In this document: one piece after another, positions 1-9,618 of the stretch | How the letters are laid out: every line of letters begins with the position of its first letter | Numbering within the stretch: the stretch's first letter is position 1 | Origin: an uncultured Anaerolineales bacterium | GTDB taxonomy: Bacteria; Chloroflexota; Anaerolineae; UBA4142; SHND01 | NCBI GenBank assembly: GCA_964644955.1 | Contig: CAZXYP010000001.1 | Span: forward strand, 5,187 to 53,612 | DNA length: 48,426 nucleotides | Direction: 5' to 3' | Notes under the pieces: generated by a model | What the model saw: only the letters and a program-made list of their open reading frames with translations | Told to the model about the DNA's origin: nothing | The model's database searches: none | Translations under genes and position numbers: made by a program

Positions 1-462
1 CGGCAAACGCGTGTCGGACAAAACGGACGCATTTTTGTATTGTACAAATTTCGCTCAATGATTGCGGACGCGGAAAAGCCGGGTGTGCCGCAGTGGGCGG
101 AACGCGACGATCCACGCGTGACGCGTGTCGGCAAATTCTTGCGTCGTTTCAAATTGGACGAAGTGCCGCAGTTTTGGAATGTGCTGCGCGGCGAAATGGC
201 GCTGGTGGGTCCGCGCCCCGAACGACCGGAAATCGTCGAAAATTTGCAGCGCGAGATTCCGTTTTATCGTTTGCGCCACGTGGTGCGTCCCGGCGTGACG
301 GGCTGGGCGGCGATTCGTTTTCCCTACGGGCGTTCGGTGAATGACGCGCTGGTAAAGTTGCAGTACGATTTGTATTACATCAAACATCAATCCTTGTCGC
401 TGGACGCGCTCATTTTGTTCAAGACATTGGGCGCAGTCCTGGCGCCGCCGCAAGCCGAATGA
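1..462 (+). CDS. Sugar transferase (WcaJ/WbaP-type phosphoglycosyl transferase), 3' part; truncated by window start
   Basis: Frame open from base 1 (RQTRVGQNGRIFVLYKFRSM...). Motifs KFRSM, DPRVTRVGKFLR..KLDEVPQFWNVLRGEMALVGPRPE, RPGVTGWA, DLYYI. Confidence 0.93.
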   Translation, partial: RQTRVGQNGRIFVLYKFRSMIADAEKPGVPQWAERDDPRVTRVGKFLRRFKLDEVPQFWNVLRGEMALVGPRPERPEIVENLQREIPFYRLRHVVRPGVTGWAAIRFPYGRSVNDALVKLQYDLYYIKHQSLSLDALILFKTLGAVLAPPQAE

Positions 463-1811
463 TTTTTTTTGAGCGGTGGACGCGCGTGACGCAGCGGGTC
501 GCCGCCTTTCAATTGGACCAGATTGTGAATACGCCGTGGTATGTCCCGGCGTTTTTTGCGTTGGGCGCATTTGTCTTTACATGGCTGCGTGTTGAATGGA
601 CGCTGCCGTTGATGATTGCGGCGACGGCGTTGGATCGTTACCGCTTTGACGTGGCGGGCGCGGGTTTGCGCGTGGAGCATTTTGTGTTTTTGGGAATTGT
701 GCTCGCGTGGGTTTTGAAAATGCGTCCGTCCGCGAAACAATTTCATTTCACGCGCGCGGATCTTTTGCTGGTTCTCTTTTTGGGTGTGACGCTGTTGTCT
801 TCGGTGTGGAATGCGCCGCTGGCGCGCGAGAGTTTGAAATTTTTTGGCTTGATGTGTTACGGCGTGGTCTTGTTTTGGTTCGTCCGCGCGGCTGGCGCGC
901 ACGCGCATGCCTTTACGCGCGCGGTATGGGCATTGATTGTGGTGGGGGTGAGCGCGTCCGCGTTCGGCATTTTTGCGTGGCTGGTGTTTCCGCTGGGTAT
1001 TAATCTTGGCGTGCAGACGTATTCGTTGGGAACGTTTGAAACGTTTTCGGCGTACGGGATATTGTATGATTCCAATACGTTAGGCATGTTTGCGATGGCA
1101 GCGGCGCTGCTGCAAATGACGCTGCTGCTCGATGCGCGGTTTGCGCAGTGGCGCATTGCGTTGAGCGCGGGTGTTGTGGTAACGTTACTGGCGGTCGCAT
1201 TGAGTTTGACGCGTACGGCGTGGCTTGGGTTGGCGGTCGGGTTGTTTTTGATTTTTGTATTCAGTCCGCGCCGGCGGTGGGTGTTGGTGTTTGGCGGCGC
1301 GGCGCTCGCATTGGTGGTCGGCGCGCTGTTGGTGAACAGTGTGTTGGCAGGGGGGGGGGGCGCGCTGGCGGATTTTAGCGTGACGCGGCTGCTCACCGCC
1401 AAATCTATTTTTTTTCGACTGGACGCGTACGCGCGCGCGTGGCAAGATTTTTTGGCAAATCCGTTGTTGGGCAATGGCGCGAATACGTTCGCGCAAAAAT
1501 ACACCGCGCCCTCGGGAACACGCGATTGGATTAGTAATGTGGTTTTGATGTCTCTGCACGATACGGGAATTGTGGGGATGGCGCTGCTGGGCGGCTGGCT
1601 GATTTGGCTCGGCGTTGCAACGTGGCGTGCATTGAAAATTTCGAGTCCGCGGCGCCCGTTTTTGTTGGCGTTGGCAATTGCGTATGCGGCGTTGTTGGTG
1701 TGTTATCAAGCGACGAGTGTTTTTTGGTTGGGCTGGAATTGGATCTATTTGGGCTTACTGGCGGCGGGACAGCTCGCGGTCACACATCAGGCGGAGTCGT
1801 ATGAAAATTAA
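459..1811 (+). CDS. O-antigen ligase/polymerase (Wzy_C-like) multi-pass membrane protein
   Basis: ~11-12 hydrophobic segments; SLTRTAWLG; R..AW.DF..NPLLGNGANTF. ATGA overlap with the sugar transferase stop. Confidence 0.75.
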   Translation: MIFFERWTRVTQRVAAFQLDQIVNTPWYVPAFFALGAFVFTWLRVEWTLPLMIAATALDRYRFDVAGAGLRVEHFVFLGIVLAWVLKMRPSAKQFHFTRADLLLVLFLGVTLLSSVWNAPLARESLKFFGLMCYGVVLFWFVRAAGAHAHAFTRAVWALIVVGVSASAFGIFAWLVFPLGINLGVQTYSLGTFETFSAYGILYDSNTLGMFAMAAALLQMTLLLDARFAQWRIALSAGVVVTLLAVALSLTRTAWLGLAVGLFLIFVFSPRRRWVLVFGGAALALVVGALLVNSVLAGGGGALADFSVTRLLTAKSIFFRLDAYARAWQDFLANPLLGNGANTFAQKYTAPSGTRDWISNVVLMSLHDTGIVGMALLGGWLIWLGVATWRALKISSPRRPFLLALAIAYAALLVCYQATSVFWLGWNWIYLGLLAAGQLAVTHQAESYEN

Positions 1812-1986
1812 GCGTTGGCATGGGTTGGCGTTGTGGGCGCTGGTTACGCTGTGGGCGATTGGGCTGATTGGGGAGGCGCTGTATGCGGCGGTGACGATTG
1901 CGCTGTTCGGCGGCGCGGCATGCGGAGTTGTTCAGTGGTATGCCGGACGCGCCTTGGAAGCGCGGCGCGATGAGGAGGTGGTTTGA
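1801..1986 (+). CDS. Small two-TM hypothetical protein (61 aa)
   Basis: ATG at 1801 preceded by GGAG, overlapping the upstream gene end; hydrophobic MKIKRWHGLALWAL...EEVV. Confidence 0.5.
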   Translation: MKIKRWHGLALWALVTLWAIGLIGEALYAAVTIALFGGAACGVVQWYAGRALEARRDEEVV

Positions 1987-2125
1987 CCTGAAACGTATTC
2001 TCAAGTAAAGTGGAGGCGCATACAGTACGTTGGGATGCGCCAAATTTTTATACGGCGCCAGTGCGCGAAGCAAGCGCGCAGAGGGTGTTCCGTGCGGCAG
2101 CGAATCAACGCTGCGGAGGAATAAA

Positions 2126-2524
2126 GTGGATAACAAGTTGTACGTCGGTAATCTTTCGTATCAAGTCACGGAGCAAGACCTGCGCGATCTGTTCAGTCAG
2201 GCGGGTGAGTTGCAAGACGTGATGTTGATTGTGGAACGTGAAACGCATCGCTCGAAAGGGTTTGGGTTTGTGGAATTTGTGAATGAAGCCGATGCCCAAA
2301 AAGCGATTGAAATGTTTCATGACCAAGAAGTGCAGGGGCGCCGTTTGACCGTAAACGTTGCCCGTCCGCGTGAAGAACGCGGTGGCGGCGGCGGCTATCG
2401 CGGCGGCGGCGGCGGCGGTGGCGGCTATGGCGGCGGTGGTCGCGGTGGCAGCGGCGGCAGTCGCGGCGGACGCGGCGGCAGTCGTGACCGGCGCGGCGGC
2501 GGTGGCGGCAGCCGACGGTATTGA
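2126..2524 (+). CDS. RRM RNA-binding protein with Gly/Arg-rich tail
   Basis: GGAGGA SD then GTG at 2126; RNP2 LYVGNL, RNP1 KGFGFVEF; tail of GGY/RGG repeats. Confidence 0.93.
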   Translation: MDNKLYVGNLSYQVTEQDLRDLFSQAGELQDVMLIVERETHRSKGFGFVEFVNEADAQKAIEMFHDQEVQGRRLTVNVARPREERGGGGGYRGGGGGGGGYGGGGRGGSGGSRGGRGGSRDRRGGGGGSRRY

Positions 2525-2546
2525 TTCCGACAAACGAAGCGAAAAG

Positions 2547-2575
2547 CTGCGATCGCAAGGTCGCAGATTTTTTTT
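2547..2575 (+). terminator. Intrinsic terminator after RRM gene
   Basis: CTGCGATC-GCAA-GGTCGCAG stem with GNRA loop followed by a T8 run. Confidence 0.85.
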
Positions 2576-2619
2576 GGTGTGACGCGTTTCCTGATTCTGC
2601 ATTATACTTGCGCAGTCTC

Positions 2620-3399
2620 ATGATTGAATTGAGGGAATGCGGTTTTACCTTTCCGCGAGGGCAAAATGTCTCTGCTTTGCAAGTGTTGGAAAACATCAAT
2701 CTGACGATTGCGGCGCAGGAATGTGTCTGCTTGCTCGGACCGAGCGGCTGCGGCAAGACGACCTTGTTGAAATTGATTGCGGGCTTGCTGCTGCCGACAT
2801 CTGGACAGGTTTGGATTGACGGCAAAGCCGTGACGGGACCGGGACACGACCGCGCGATGGTGTTTCAAAATTTTGCGCTGCTGCCGTGGGCAAACGTTTT
2901 GGATAATATCGCGTTTGGGTTGGAACTGCGCGGCGTGCCGAAAGCGGAACGCTTACGCGCGGCGCAAGCATTAGCGCAAGATGTGGGGCTCACGGGTTTC
3001 GAACGGCATTATCCAAAACAGCTTTCCGGCGGAATGCAGCAGCGTGTCGGGCTGGCGCGCGCGTTGGCGATTGAACCGAGAATCTTGTTGCTGGATGAAC
3101 CGTTCAGCGCGTTGGATGCGCAGACGCGACGCTTGCTCCAAGAAGATTTTGCCGCCATGCAGCAGCGCGCGCCGCGCACAGTGGTCTTTGTGACGCACAG
3201 TATGGACGAAGCGGTGCGGCTGGGCGACCGTGTCGCGCTCCTGTCGCCGCGCCCGGGACGCATTCGGGAAATTATTGCCGTGCCGATTCCGCAGCCGCGC
3301 ACAGTCGAATTGGAAAAGGACGCGCGGTATATCGAACTCAAAGAATACTTGTGGGAACAATTGCGCGCCATGCACGTCATGGGCGCGGAGGGGGAATGA
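2620..3399 (+). CDS. ABC transporter ATP-binding protein (NitT/TauT family)
   Basis: Walker A GPSGCGKT, signature LSGGMQQR, Walker B LLLDEPF, H-loop VTHS; ATG 2620. Confidence 0.93.
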   Translation: MIELRECGFTFPRGQNVSALQVLENINLTIAAQECVCLLGPSGCGKTTLLKLIAGLLLPTSGQVWIDGKAVTGPGHDRAMVFQNFALLPWANVLDNIAFGLELRGVPKAERLRAAQALAQDVGLTGFERHYPKQLSGGMQQRVGLARALAIEPRILLLDEPFSALDAQTRRLLQEDFAAMQQRAPRTVVFVTHSMDEAVRLGDRVALLSPRPGRIREIIAVPIPQPRTVELEKDARYIELKEYLWEQLRAMHVMGAEGE

Positions 3400-5006
3400 G
3401 TAGGTTCGGGGAATTGCAGAGCGCGGCGCAATTTGGCGCGGGCTTGCAGCATTTTTTTCGCCAACGCTTGACGCTCGCGCAGGCGCAAGATATTGTGCGT
3501 GTACGGCTGGAACAACGCAGTGAAAATTTTTTGCGCTTGATGGAACGCGGCGTGTATGGTCATGCCGCGAGTCCGTACCGCGCGCTGCTGTTGGACGCAG
3601 GGTGTGAGTGGCAAGATTTGCGCCGGTATGTGAATGAAGCGGGTTTGGACACGACGCTGCGGCAATTGCGCGACACGGGCGTGTATGTGACATTTGAAGA
3701 ATTCAAAGGGCGCGTGCCGCTGGTGCGGAACGGCAAGACGATTTCGCAAACTGCGCACGCGTTTGACAATCCGTTTCGCGCGCGGCATTTTGTGAGTGAG
3801 ACCGGCGGTTCGACGGGCGCGGCGATACGCATCGCGCACGATTTGGCACATCAAGCCGCGATGGCGCCGCATCATTTGTTGGTGCGCGCGGCGCATGATG
3901 TTTTGCATTTGCCGTTCGCGATTTGGCGCGGCATTTTGCCGGACGGCAGTGGCATCAACAACATCTTGCATCCCGCGCCGTTCGGACAAATTCCTGAAAA
4001 ATGGTTTTCGCAATTGAGTTGGCGCGCGGGGCACGCGACTCGGAAGCAAATGTTTTTTACCTATTGGTTTGTGCTGATGGGACGCGTCGCGGGCGCGCCG
4101 ATTCCGCTCCCGCGTTATACCCCGTTGGAACGCGCCGCCGTGGTCGCGCAGTGGGTCCATGACGCGCTGCAGAAACGCGGCGGTGCATTGCTCGGTACGC
4201 AGGTGAGTCGCGCGCTGCGCGTCGCATTGGCGGCGCAAGACAGGAATTGGGATTTGTGCGGCGCGACATTCATGATTGCGGGTGAGCCGCCTACGCGCGC
4301 CAAAGTGGCAGCGATTCAACGCAGCGGCGCGCGCGTGTTTCCGACGTACGGCATGGCAGAAGTGGGACGCATTGCGATGGGCTGCGCGCACGCGGTTGAT
4401 GTGAACGATACGCATGTGTTGTCCGACGCGTTTGCGTTGTTTACGCATCCCGTGCCGGTGCCGGGATTCGAGGTGACGGTACCCGCGTTTCACATCACTA
4501 CGTTGTTGGATACGACACCCAAAATCATGTTGAATGTGGTCAGCGATGACTATGGAGTGATGCAAGACCGCGCGTGTGGTTGTTTGTTGGCGCAGTGCGG
4601 TTACGCGACGCACCTGCTCGAAATTCGCAGTGTCAACAAATTGACCGGCGAGGGGATTACGCTGGTCGGCAGTGAAATTGTAAATGTGTTGGAGCAGGTG
4701 CTGCCCGCGCGCTTTGGCGGTTCGTCGTTGGATTATCAATTGCAGGAACTGGAAGATGCGCAAGGATTCACGCGTTTGGCGCTGCGAATCAGTCCGCGCG
4801 TGCCCATCGCGGACGAGGCGCAAGTGATTTCGGTTTTGCTGAACACGTTGGCAGATTCATCGCCCGGTGGCAAAGCGATGAGCGCGACGCTCGCGCAAGC
4901 GGGAACGGTTACGGTTTTGCGCGCGGCACCGATTTGGACGGCGCGCGGAAAATTTATGCCGCTGCATCTCAAACCAAGTGTCACAGCCAGAAAGGAGCGA
5001 CCGTGA
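3396..5006 (+). CDS. Putative adenylate-forming (ANL; phenylacetate-CoA ligase/CapK-like) protein
   Basis: ETGGSTG loop, AGE motif and YGMAEVG (YGxxE-like); ATGA overlap with the ATPase and GGAGGGG SD. Confidence 0.55.
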   Translation: MSRFGELQSAAQFGAGLQHFFRQRLTLAQAQDIVRVRLEQRSENFLRLMERGVYGHAASPYRALLLDAGCEWQDLRRYVNEAGLDTTLRQLRDTGVYVTFEEFKGRVPLVRNGKTISQTAHAFDNPFRARHFVSETGGSTGAAIRIAHDLAHQAAMAPHHLLVRAAHDVLHLPFAIWRGILPDGSGINNILHPAPFGQIPEKWFSQLSWRAGHATRKQMFFTYWFVLMGRVAGAPIPLPRYTPLERAAVVAQWVHDALQKRGGALLGTQVSRALRVALAAQDRNWDLCGATFMIAGEPPTRAKVAAIQRSGARVFPTYGMAEVGRIAMGCAHAVDVNDTHVLSDAFALFTHPVPVPGFEVTVPAFHITTLLDTTPKIMLNVVSDDYGVMQDRACGCLLAQCGYATHLLEIRSVNKLTGEGITLVGSEIVNVLEQVLPARFGGSSLDYQLQELEDAQGFTRLALRISPRVPIADEAQVISVLLNTLADSSPGGKAMSATLAQAGTVTVLRAAPIWTARGKFMPLHLKPSVTARKERP

Positions 5007-5980
5007 AACCAGCCATACTTGTATTGTTATTTGCGTGTTTGACCGCTTGCGCGACGCCGGCGGCAACTCCCCTGCCCAAGACCGGAACGCTGCGCGTTGG
5101 TTTTTCCACCGAAGCGGATGTGGGCGACGTGCCTTCGTTGATGGCACAAGACCGCTTGCGCGCGGAAGGATACACCGTTGAAACGAATTTCTTTTCCGCG
5201 GCGGATGTACAGGTCGCCGCGTTGACGCAAGGCAGTGTGGATATTGGTAACGGCTCGACGCGCACGGCATGGAATGCAGTGGGCAAAGGCGCCGAGATTG
5301 CAACGATTGCGGAACAAGCCGCCGATGCGTGGTCTATTGTTGCGGTAAATGAAATCAAAACGTGTGCGGATTTGAACGGCAAGCGCGTCGGACTGACGAG
5401 TTCGAGTTCGTTGAATGCGGCGCTGTTGAAAGCGTACTTGAAAAATTGTCCGGGGACCGAACCGCAAATTCTAACGATTGCGAATTCCTCCGCGCGCGCG
5501 GCTGCATTGCTCGCGGGCGAATTGGATGCGACGCCGTTGGAATTGGCGGACTCGGCAGAGCTTGCCGAAAAAGCTCCGACGCGTTTTCACACGCTCGTCA
5601 ATTTTGCGACCGAACTGCCGCAGCTCAAGACGACGGGCGTGCATGTGTCGCGCGCGTTCGCGCAGCAGCATCCGGAATTGGTGCGCGCGTATTTGAAAGC
5701 CTTGCTCCAAGTCCACCGCGACATTCGCTCGAATCCGCAAGTGCTGTCCGAGGCGATAGCGCGCTATCTCAACATGGATGCGGCAGCGGCGAAGCGTCTC
5801 GGCGAAGCATATCTCGCGCGCAATATCTTTGATGTGAACGGCGGCGTGACCCGCGATGGCATTGCCTACAGCGTGGATTTTTTCACGCAGACCGGGTCAC
5901 TGCCGGAAGGTTTGAACGCCGACAAGGTTTCCGATTTGTCGTATCTGGAACAGGTCTTGCAGGAAATCGGACGCAAATAG
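5003..5980 (+). CDS. ABC substrate-binding lipoprotein (SsuA/NMT1-THI5-like)
   Basis: AAGGAG SD and GTG 5003; lipobox-like LTAC; DLNGKRVG; ALLAGELDA; FAQQHPELV. Confidence 0.85.
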   Translation: MKPAILVLLFACLTACATPAATPLPKTGTLRVGFSTEADVGDVPSLMAQDRLRAEGYTVETNFFSAADVQVAALTQGSVDIGNGSTRTAWNAVGKGAEIATIAEQAADAWSIVAVNEIKTCADLNGKRVGLTSSSSLNAALLKAYLKNCPGTEPQILTIANSSARAAALLAGELDATPLELADSAELAEKAPTRFHTLVNFATELPQLKTTGVHVSRAFAQQHPELVRAYLKALLQVHRDIRSNPQVLSEAIARYLNMDAAAAKRLGEAYLARNIFDVNGGVTRDGIAYSVDFFTQTGSLPEGLNADKVSDLSYLEQVLQEIGRK

Positions 5981-5987
5981 CGATGGC

Positions 5988-6740
5988 ATGACCACGCGGC
6001 TGCCGATTTTGATGTTTCACGCGCTCGACACGCGCGGCGATGTGTTGGCGTATGCGCCGGATACGTTCGCGCGCGTGTGTGCGATGCTGTTCGACGCGGG
6101 TTGGCGCGCGCTCGCGCCGGAGGATGTGGCGCGGCATGTCCGCGAACACATCCCGTTTCCGCCGAAACATTTTGCGCTGACGTTTGACGACGGGTATGCG
6201 TCCGTGTATCGCGTCGCGTTTCCGCTGCTGCAAAAATACGATTGGCGCGCCGCCATCTTTATTGCGCCCGGCGAAAATGCAAACGCGCGTGATGAAGCGT
6301 GTCTTGCTGGGTTGTATGGACGCGAAATGTTGCGCTGGCGCGAAATCCGCGAATTGCACGCGCACGGCATGACCATTGGCGCGCATACGCTGACGCATTG
6401 CGATTTGACGCGTGTGGACCCGGCGCAAGCGGCGCATGAAATTATTGAATCGGGGAAAATACTCTCACGCGTGTTGGACGCGCCGTGTTCTTTGTTTGCG
6501 TATCCCTACGGGCGCTATGACATGCGCACGCGCGCAACCGTCGCGGCGCAGTACGATGCGGCATTTTCGACGCAGTTGGGTTTGGCGAACGCAGAGAGCG
6601 ATTGCTTTGCATTGGAACGCGTCGAAATGTACTATCTGCGCGCGGATTGGGCGGCAAGGGGACTCACCAAGAATTGGCTGCCGTACTATCTCGCGGCGCG
6701 AAATGTGCCGCGGCGTGTGCGGTACAAGTTTGGCGGATAA
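5988..6740 (+). CDS. Polysaccharide deacetylase (CE4/NodB)
   Basis: PILMFH, LTFDDGY, IGAHTLTH, FAYPYG motifs. Confidence 0.92.
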   Translation: MTTRLPILMFHALDTRGDVLAYAPDTFARVCAMLFDAGWRALAPEDVARHVREHIPFPPKHFALTFDDGYASVYRVAFPLLQKYDWRAAIFIAPGENANARDEACLAGLYGREMLRWREIRELHAHGMTIGAHTLTHCDLTRVDPAQAAHEIIESGKILSRVLDAPCSLFAYPYGRYDMRTRATVAAQYDAAFSTQLGLANAESDCFALERVEMYYLRADWAARGLTKNWLPYYLAARNVPRRVRYKFGG

Positions 6741-6773
6741 AAAAAGAGACGTTCTTGTGAACGCCTCTTTTTT
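6740..6773. terminator. Bidirectional intrinsic terminator
   Basis: AAAAAAGAG-ACGTTC-TTGT-GAACGC-CTCTTTTTT between convergent genes. Confidence 0.8.
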
Positions 6774-6788
6774 GTTGGCTTTGCTCCG

Positions 6789-8462
6789 CTATCCAATTGA
6801 CCTTCGATTCTGCACAATCCGAAACCGTCCGCTCACAAACGATGCATCGGTGAGTGTGGCATTGCCCGCGGGGTTCATGCCGCTGACGTGATAATCACTG
6901 AACGCGGCGGCGTAGGTGAGGGGCATCGGTCCGATCATGTTGATAGACAGATTCGCGCCTGCATCGGCGAACGCGTTTTGCGCGCGTGCAATAAATGATT
7001 CGTCGGTTGAATACACGTATGAATTAATCGCGCCGAATTGTTGGGCGTCGCCCGCCGCTTGCGCCAACGCTTGGGCTGCATCGTCGGCGGCGATGAAATG
7101 GATGACCGGACCGAACCATTCGCGCGCGTACAAGTCATTGTCGGAAATATCCAAGCCGAGAATCAGCGGCGTGCTTGTGCGCGCGTGCGGATATTCGGGA
7201 TGCGCGTACGGCGCGGCATCGCGCAAAATTTTGCCGCGCGTTTGTCCCACGTGTCGCGCGCGGTCAACCAAATTCAAAATGTTGTCGCTCTGAATCGCGC
7301 CGAGAATGCCTGCCGCGCGCCCGGGGTCGGATAACATGCCGTTGATGGTTTCGACCAAAACGTTCGCGGTCTCGTCAAACGACAAAGTCGCATCCCCTGC
7401 GCGAAAATCGGTGCGCGGAATATACACATTTTGCGGACTGGTGCTCATTTGTTTGGAAAACAGACACAGCGCGGTGCCGAGCGTTTGCGCGAGTCCTTTC
7501 AAGTTGTCGGTGGATTCCAACACAACCGAATTCACGCCTGCGGTTTCGGTATAGACCAATTTGCCGCGCGCGTGCTGTTCAATCCATGCGCCGAACTGCG
7601 CGCTGCCGGTGAAATCCACGATTGCGGTATCGGGGCGCGCAATCAAATCTTGTGCCATTGGTTCGGCAACCGTGTCCGCGACGAGCGTGACGAGATTCGG
7701 GTCGAAACCCGCGTCGCTCAAAACCGCGCGCGCGATTTCAACCGCAAGCGCCATCGGCAAAATGGTCGCGGGGTGCGGTTTCACGACGACCGCGTTGCCC
7801 GTTGCCAAATTCGCCATCATTGCCGGATACGCGTTCCAGGTGGGAAAGGTCGCGCACGCAATCACGACGGCGATACCGCGCGGCATGAGGCGATAATTTT
7901 TTTGCAGTTTGATTTGCGCCGAACCAAACGCGCGTTCCCACGCGGCGCGCTCGACGACGTGCGACATTTCGCGCCACGCGTACGCAATCGCTTCCAGTCC
8001 GCGTTCCTGCGCGTTGGGTCCGCCGCCCGCGAATGCCATCGGAAAACTTTGCCCCGTCGTGTGCATGACGGCGTTTGCGCTCTCGAAACTGTTTTGGTTC
8101 CAGCGTTCGACAATTTCCATGCACACGCCGACGCGCGTGCGCGCACCGGCGTTGCGCCAGGCGGGGAGCGCCTCGTGCATTGCTTCGTACAACACATCCA
8201 AATCGCTTTTCGGATATGTGATGCCGAGCGGTTCTTGCGTGAACGGCGAAACCTCCAAACCCGTATGTCCAATCGTTCCCGGTTGGTCGAGTTCAAACGG
8301 TTTGTGGAGGCGCGCTTGAAACGCGGCGAGTCCTTTGTCCACCGCGTCCCCGTGAATTTTGCGCGAGGGCGAATCGGTAAAGGGACTCCACGCCGCGCGC
8401 GATTGAATCGCGTCAAGGGCGTGCTGTAAACGTTCATGGTGTTGGTCAAAATAATCGGTCAT
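6789..8462 (-). CDS. paaN: PaaN-like aldehyde dehydrogenase-family protein
   Basis: PRGIAVVIACATFPTWNAYP, LATGNAVVVKPHP, DFTGS, ETAGVN, EWFGP, AAAFSDYHVSGMNPAGNA; start MTDYF at 8462. Confidence 0.8.
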   Translation of the reverse strand: MTDYFDQHHERLQHALDAIQSRAAWSPFTDSPSRKIHGDAVDKGLAAFQARLHKPFELDQPGTIGHTGLEVSPFTQEPLGITYPKSDLDVLYEAMHEALPAWRNAGARTRVGVCMEIVERWNQNSFESANAVMHTTGQSFPMAFAGGGPNAQERGLEAIAYAWREMSHVVERAAWERAFGSAQIKLQKNYRLMPRGIAVVIACATFPTWNAYPAMMANLATGNAVVVKPHPATILPMALAVEIARAVLSDAGFDPNLVTLVADTVAEPMAQDLIARPDTAIVDFTGSAQFGAWIEQHARGKLVYTETAGVNSVVLESTDNLKGLAQTLGTALCLFSKQMSTSPQNVYIPRTDFRAGDATLSFDETANVLVETINGMLSDPGRAAGILGAIQSDNILNLVDRARHVGQTRGKILRDAAPYAHPEYPHARTSTPLILGLDISDNDLYAREWFGPVIHFIAADDAAQALAQAAGDAQQFGAINSYVYSTDESFIARAQNAFADAGANLSINMIGPMPLTYAAAFSDYHVSGMNPAGNATLTDASFVSGRFRIVQNRRSIG

Positions 8463-8583
8463 GACAGGTTTGAGGGACGGGCATTGAGGGATGAGTAAAA
8501 ACACGCTCAACGCTCGTTCTTTGGTACTGAATCGCTTCGGAATGAAATGGTGTGCGTATTGCCGCGTCGAAATTTCTGCCCGC

Positions 8584-9513
8584 CTAACTTGAGGCGTTCC
8601 CTTCCTCCAGCCATTTCGCGCAATCGGGTGTAAGCACGCGCGTCACGGCTTGATGATATAACGTCAAATCACCCTGCCCCAAAACATTTTTCCATCTGCC
8701 GTTCGTGCCTTTGTAAAAAAATGTGTTGGCGCCGCCTTTGAACGAATCGGTCAAGCCGCCGTCTTTTTCCCGTTCGATTTCGGTGGCACGCATCGCATCC
8801 AACGTCACCCGCGCCGCAATCGTCTCCATCGAGTCGCGCGTAACGGCAATTTCCAAAAATTCGGCAATGCGCGCAATCTCGCCGCGCACGTCGCGCAGCA
8901 AATCCGCGAAATGCACCAACAAGATATTTTCCAACTCGCGAAAATTCCACCACGTTTGCGTGTGATGCAAATTGCCCCAAAACGGATAGCCCTCGCTTTC
9001 CCAGGGGAACCAGCCGCGCGTCATCCAGTTCTGAAAAAATTCGTGAATTGTCGCCGGGCAGTGCGGCAGGGGCGGACCGATGCGGCGCGGCGAGTTGTTC
9101 ATTTCCCGATAGAACTGTTCGGTATAGTTCGAGTAATGATTCCACATGGACATGGCGACGTCGCGCGCATCGCGAGCGACGATAATGTATTTTACCTGTG
9201 GGAAGAATTTCAACCCATCCAACGCGAGATGCGATTTGATGACACGCCGCGCCGTTTGTTGTTCCAATTCTGCCAACACTTGTTCCAGCGGGCGGCGATT
9301 GCGTTCCAGCCACGGCGAAATATCATCGCGCGAGGGAACCTCGTGTCCATGATGCACCAATTGCACGACAATTTCTTGCATCCACGTCGTGCCGGATTTG
9401 TACGACGTGGAAATGACAATGTCATCCGCGCGCGGCTTGAACGCGTCCCAGCGCGTGCTGTCAATGTGATGATTTTGGTATGTGTGGGAAACAGTGGGAA
9501 AGGAATTGGACAT
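8584..9513 (-). CDS. PAPS-dependent sulfotransferase
   Basis: 5'-PSB TSYKSGTTW, IKSHL, 3'-PB RDARDVAMS, C-terminal FFYKGTNGRWK. Confidence 0.9.
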   Translation of the reverse strand: MSNSFPTVSHTYQNHHIDSTRWDAFKPRADDIVISTSYKSGTTWMQEIVVQLVHHGHEVPSRDDISPWLERNRRPLEQVLAELEQQTARRVIKSHLALDGLKFFPQVKYIIVARDARDVAMSMWNHYSNYTEQFYREMNNSPRRIGPPLPHCPATIHEFFQNWMTRGWFPWESEGYPFWGNLHHTQTWWNFRELENILLVHFADLLRDVRGEIARIAEFLEIAVTRDSMETIAARVTLDAMRATEIEREKDGGLTDSFKGGANTFFYKGTNGRWKNVLGQGDLTLYHQAVTRVLTPDCAKWLEEGNASS

Positions 9514-9618
9514 GGAAAATGCCTGAGCGCTCAATCCGAGTTAACCTACCTTGCAATAATTCATAGAGCCGCCATCTTTTCGAGTGCGCGAAATTGTATC
9601 ACACAACGCGGGACGCGT

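Noticed and set aside
2379-2515. GGC-rich tandem repeat
   Set aside because: Explained by the ordinary Gly/Arg-rich tail of the RRM protein.
3009-4823. Long antisense ORFs (also 8911-10323, 11737-13313, 23180-24211, 26351-27355)
   Set aside because: Shadows of well-supported opposite-strand genes in GC-rich DNA; no recognisable motifs.
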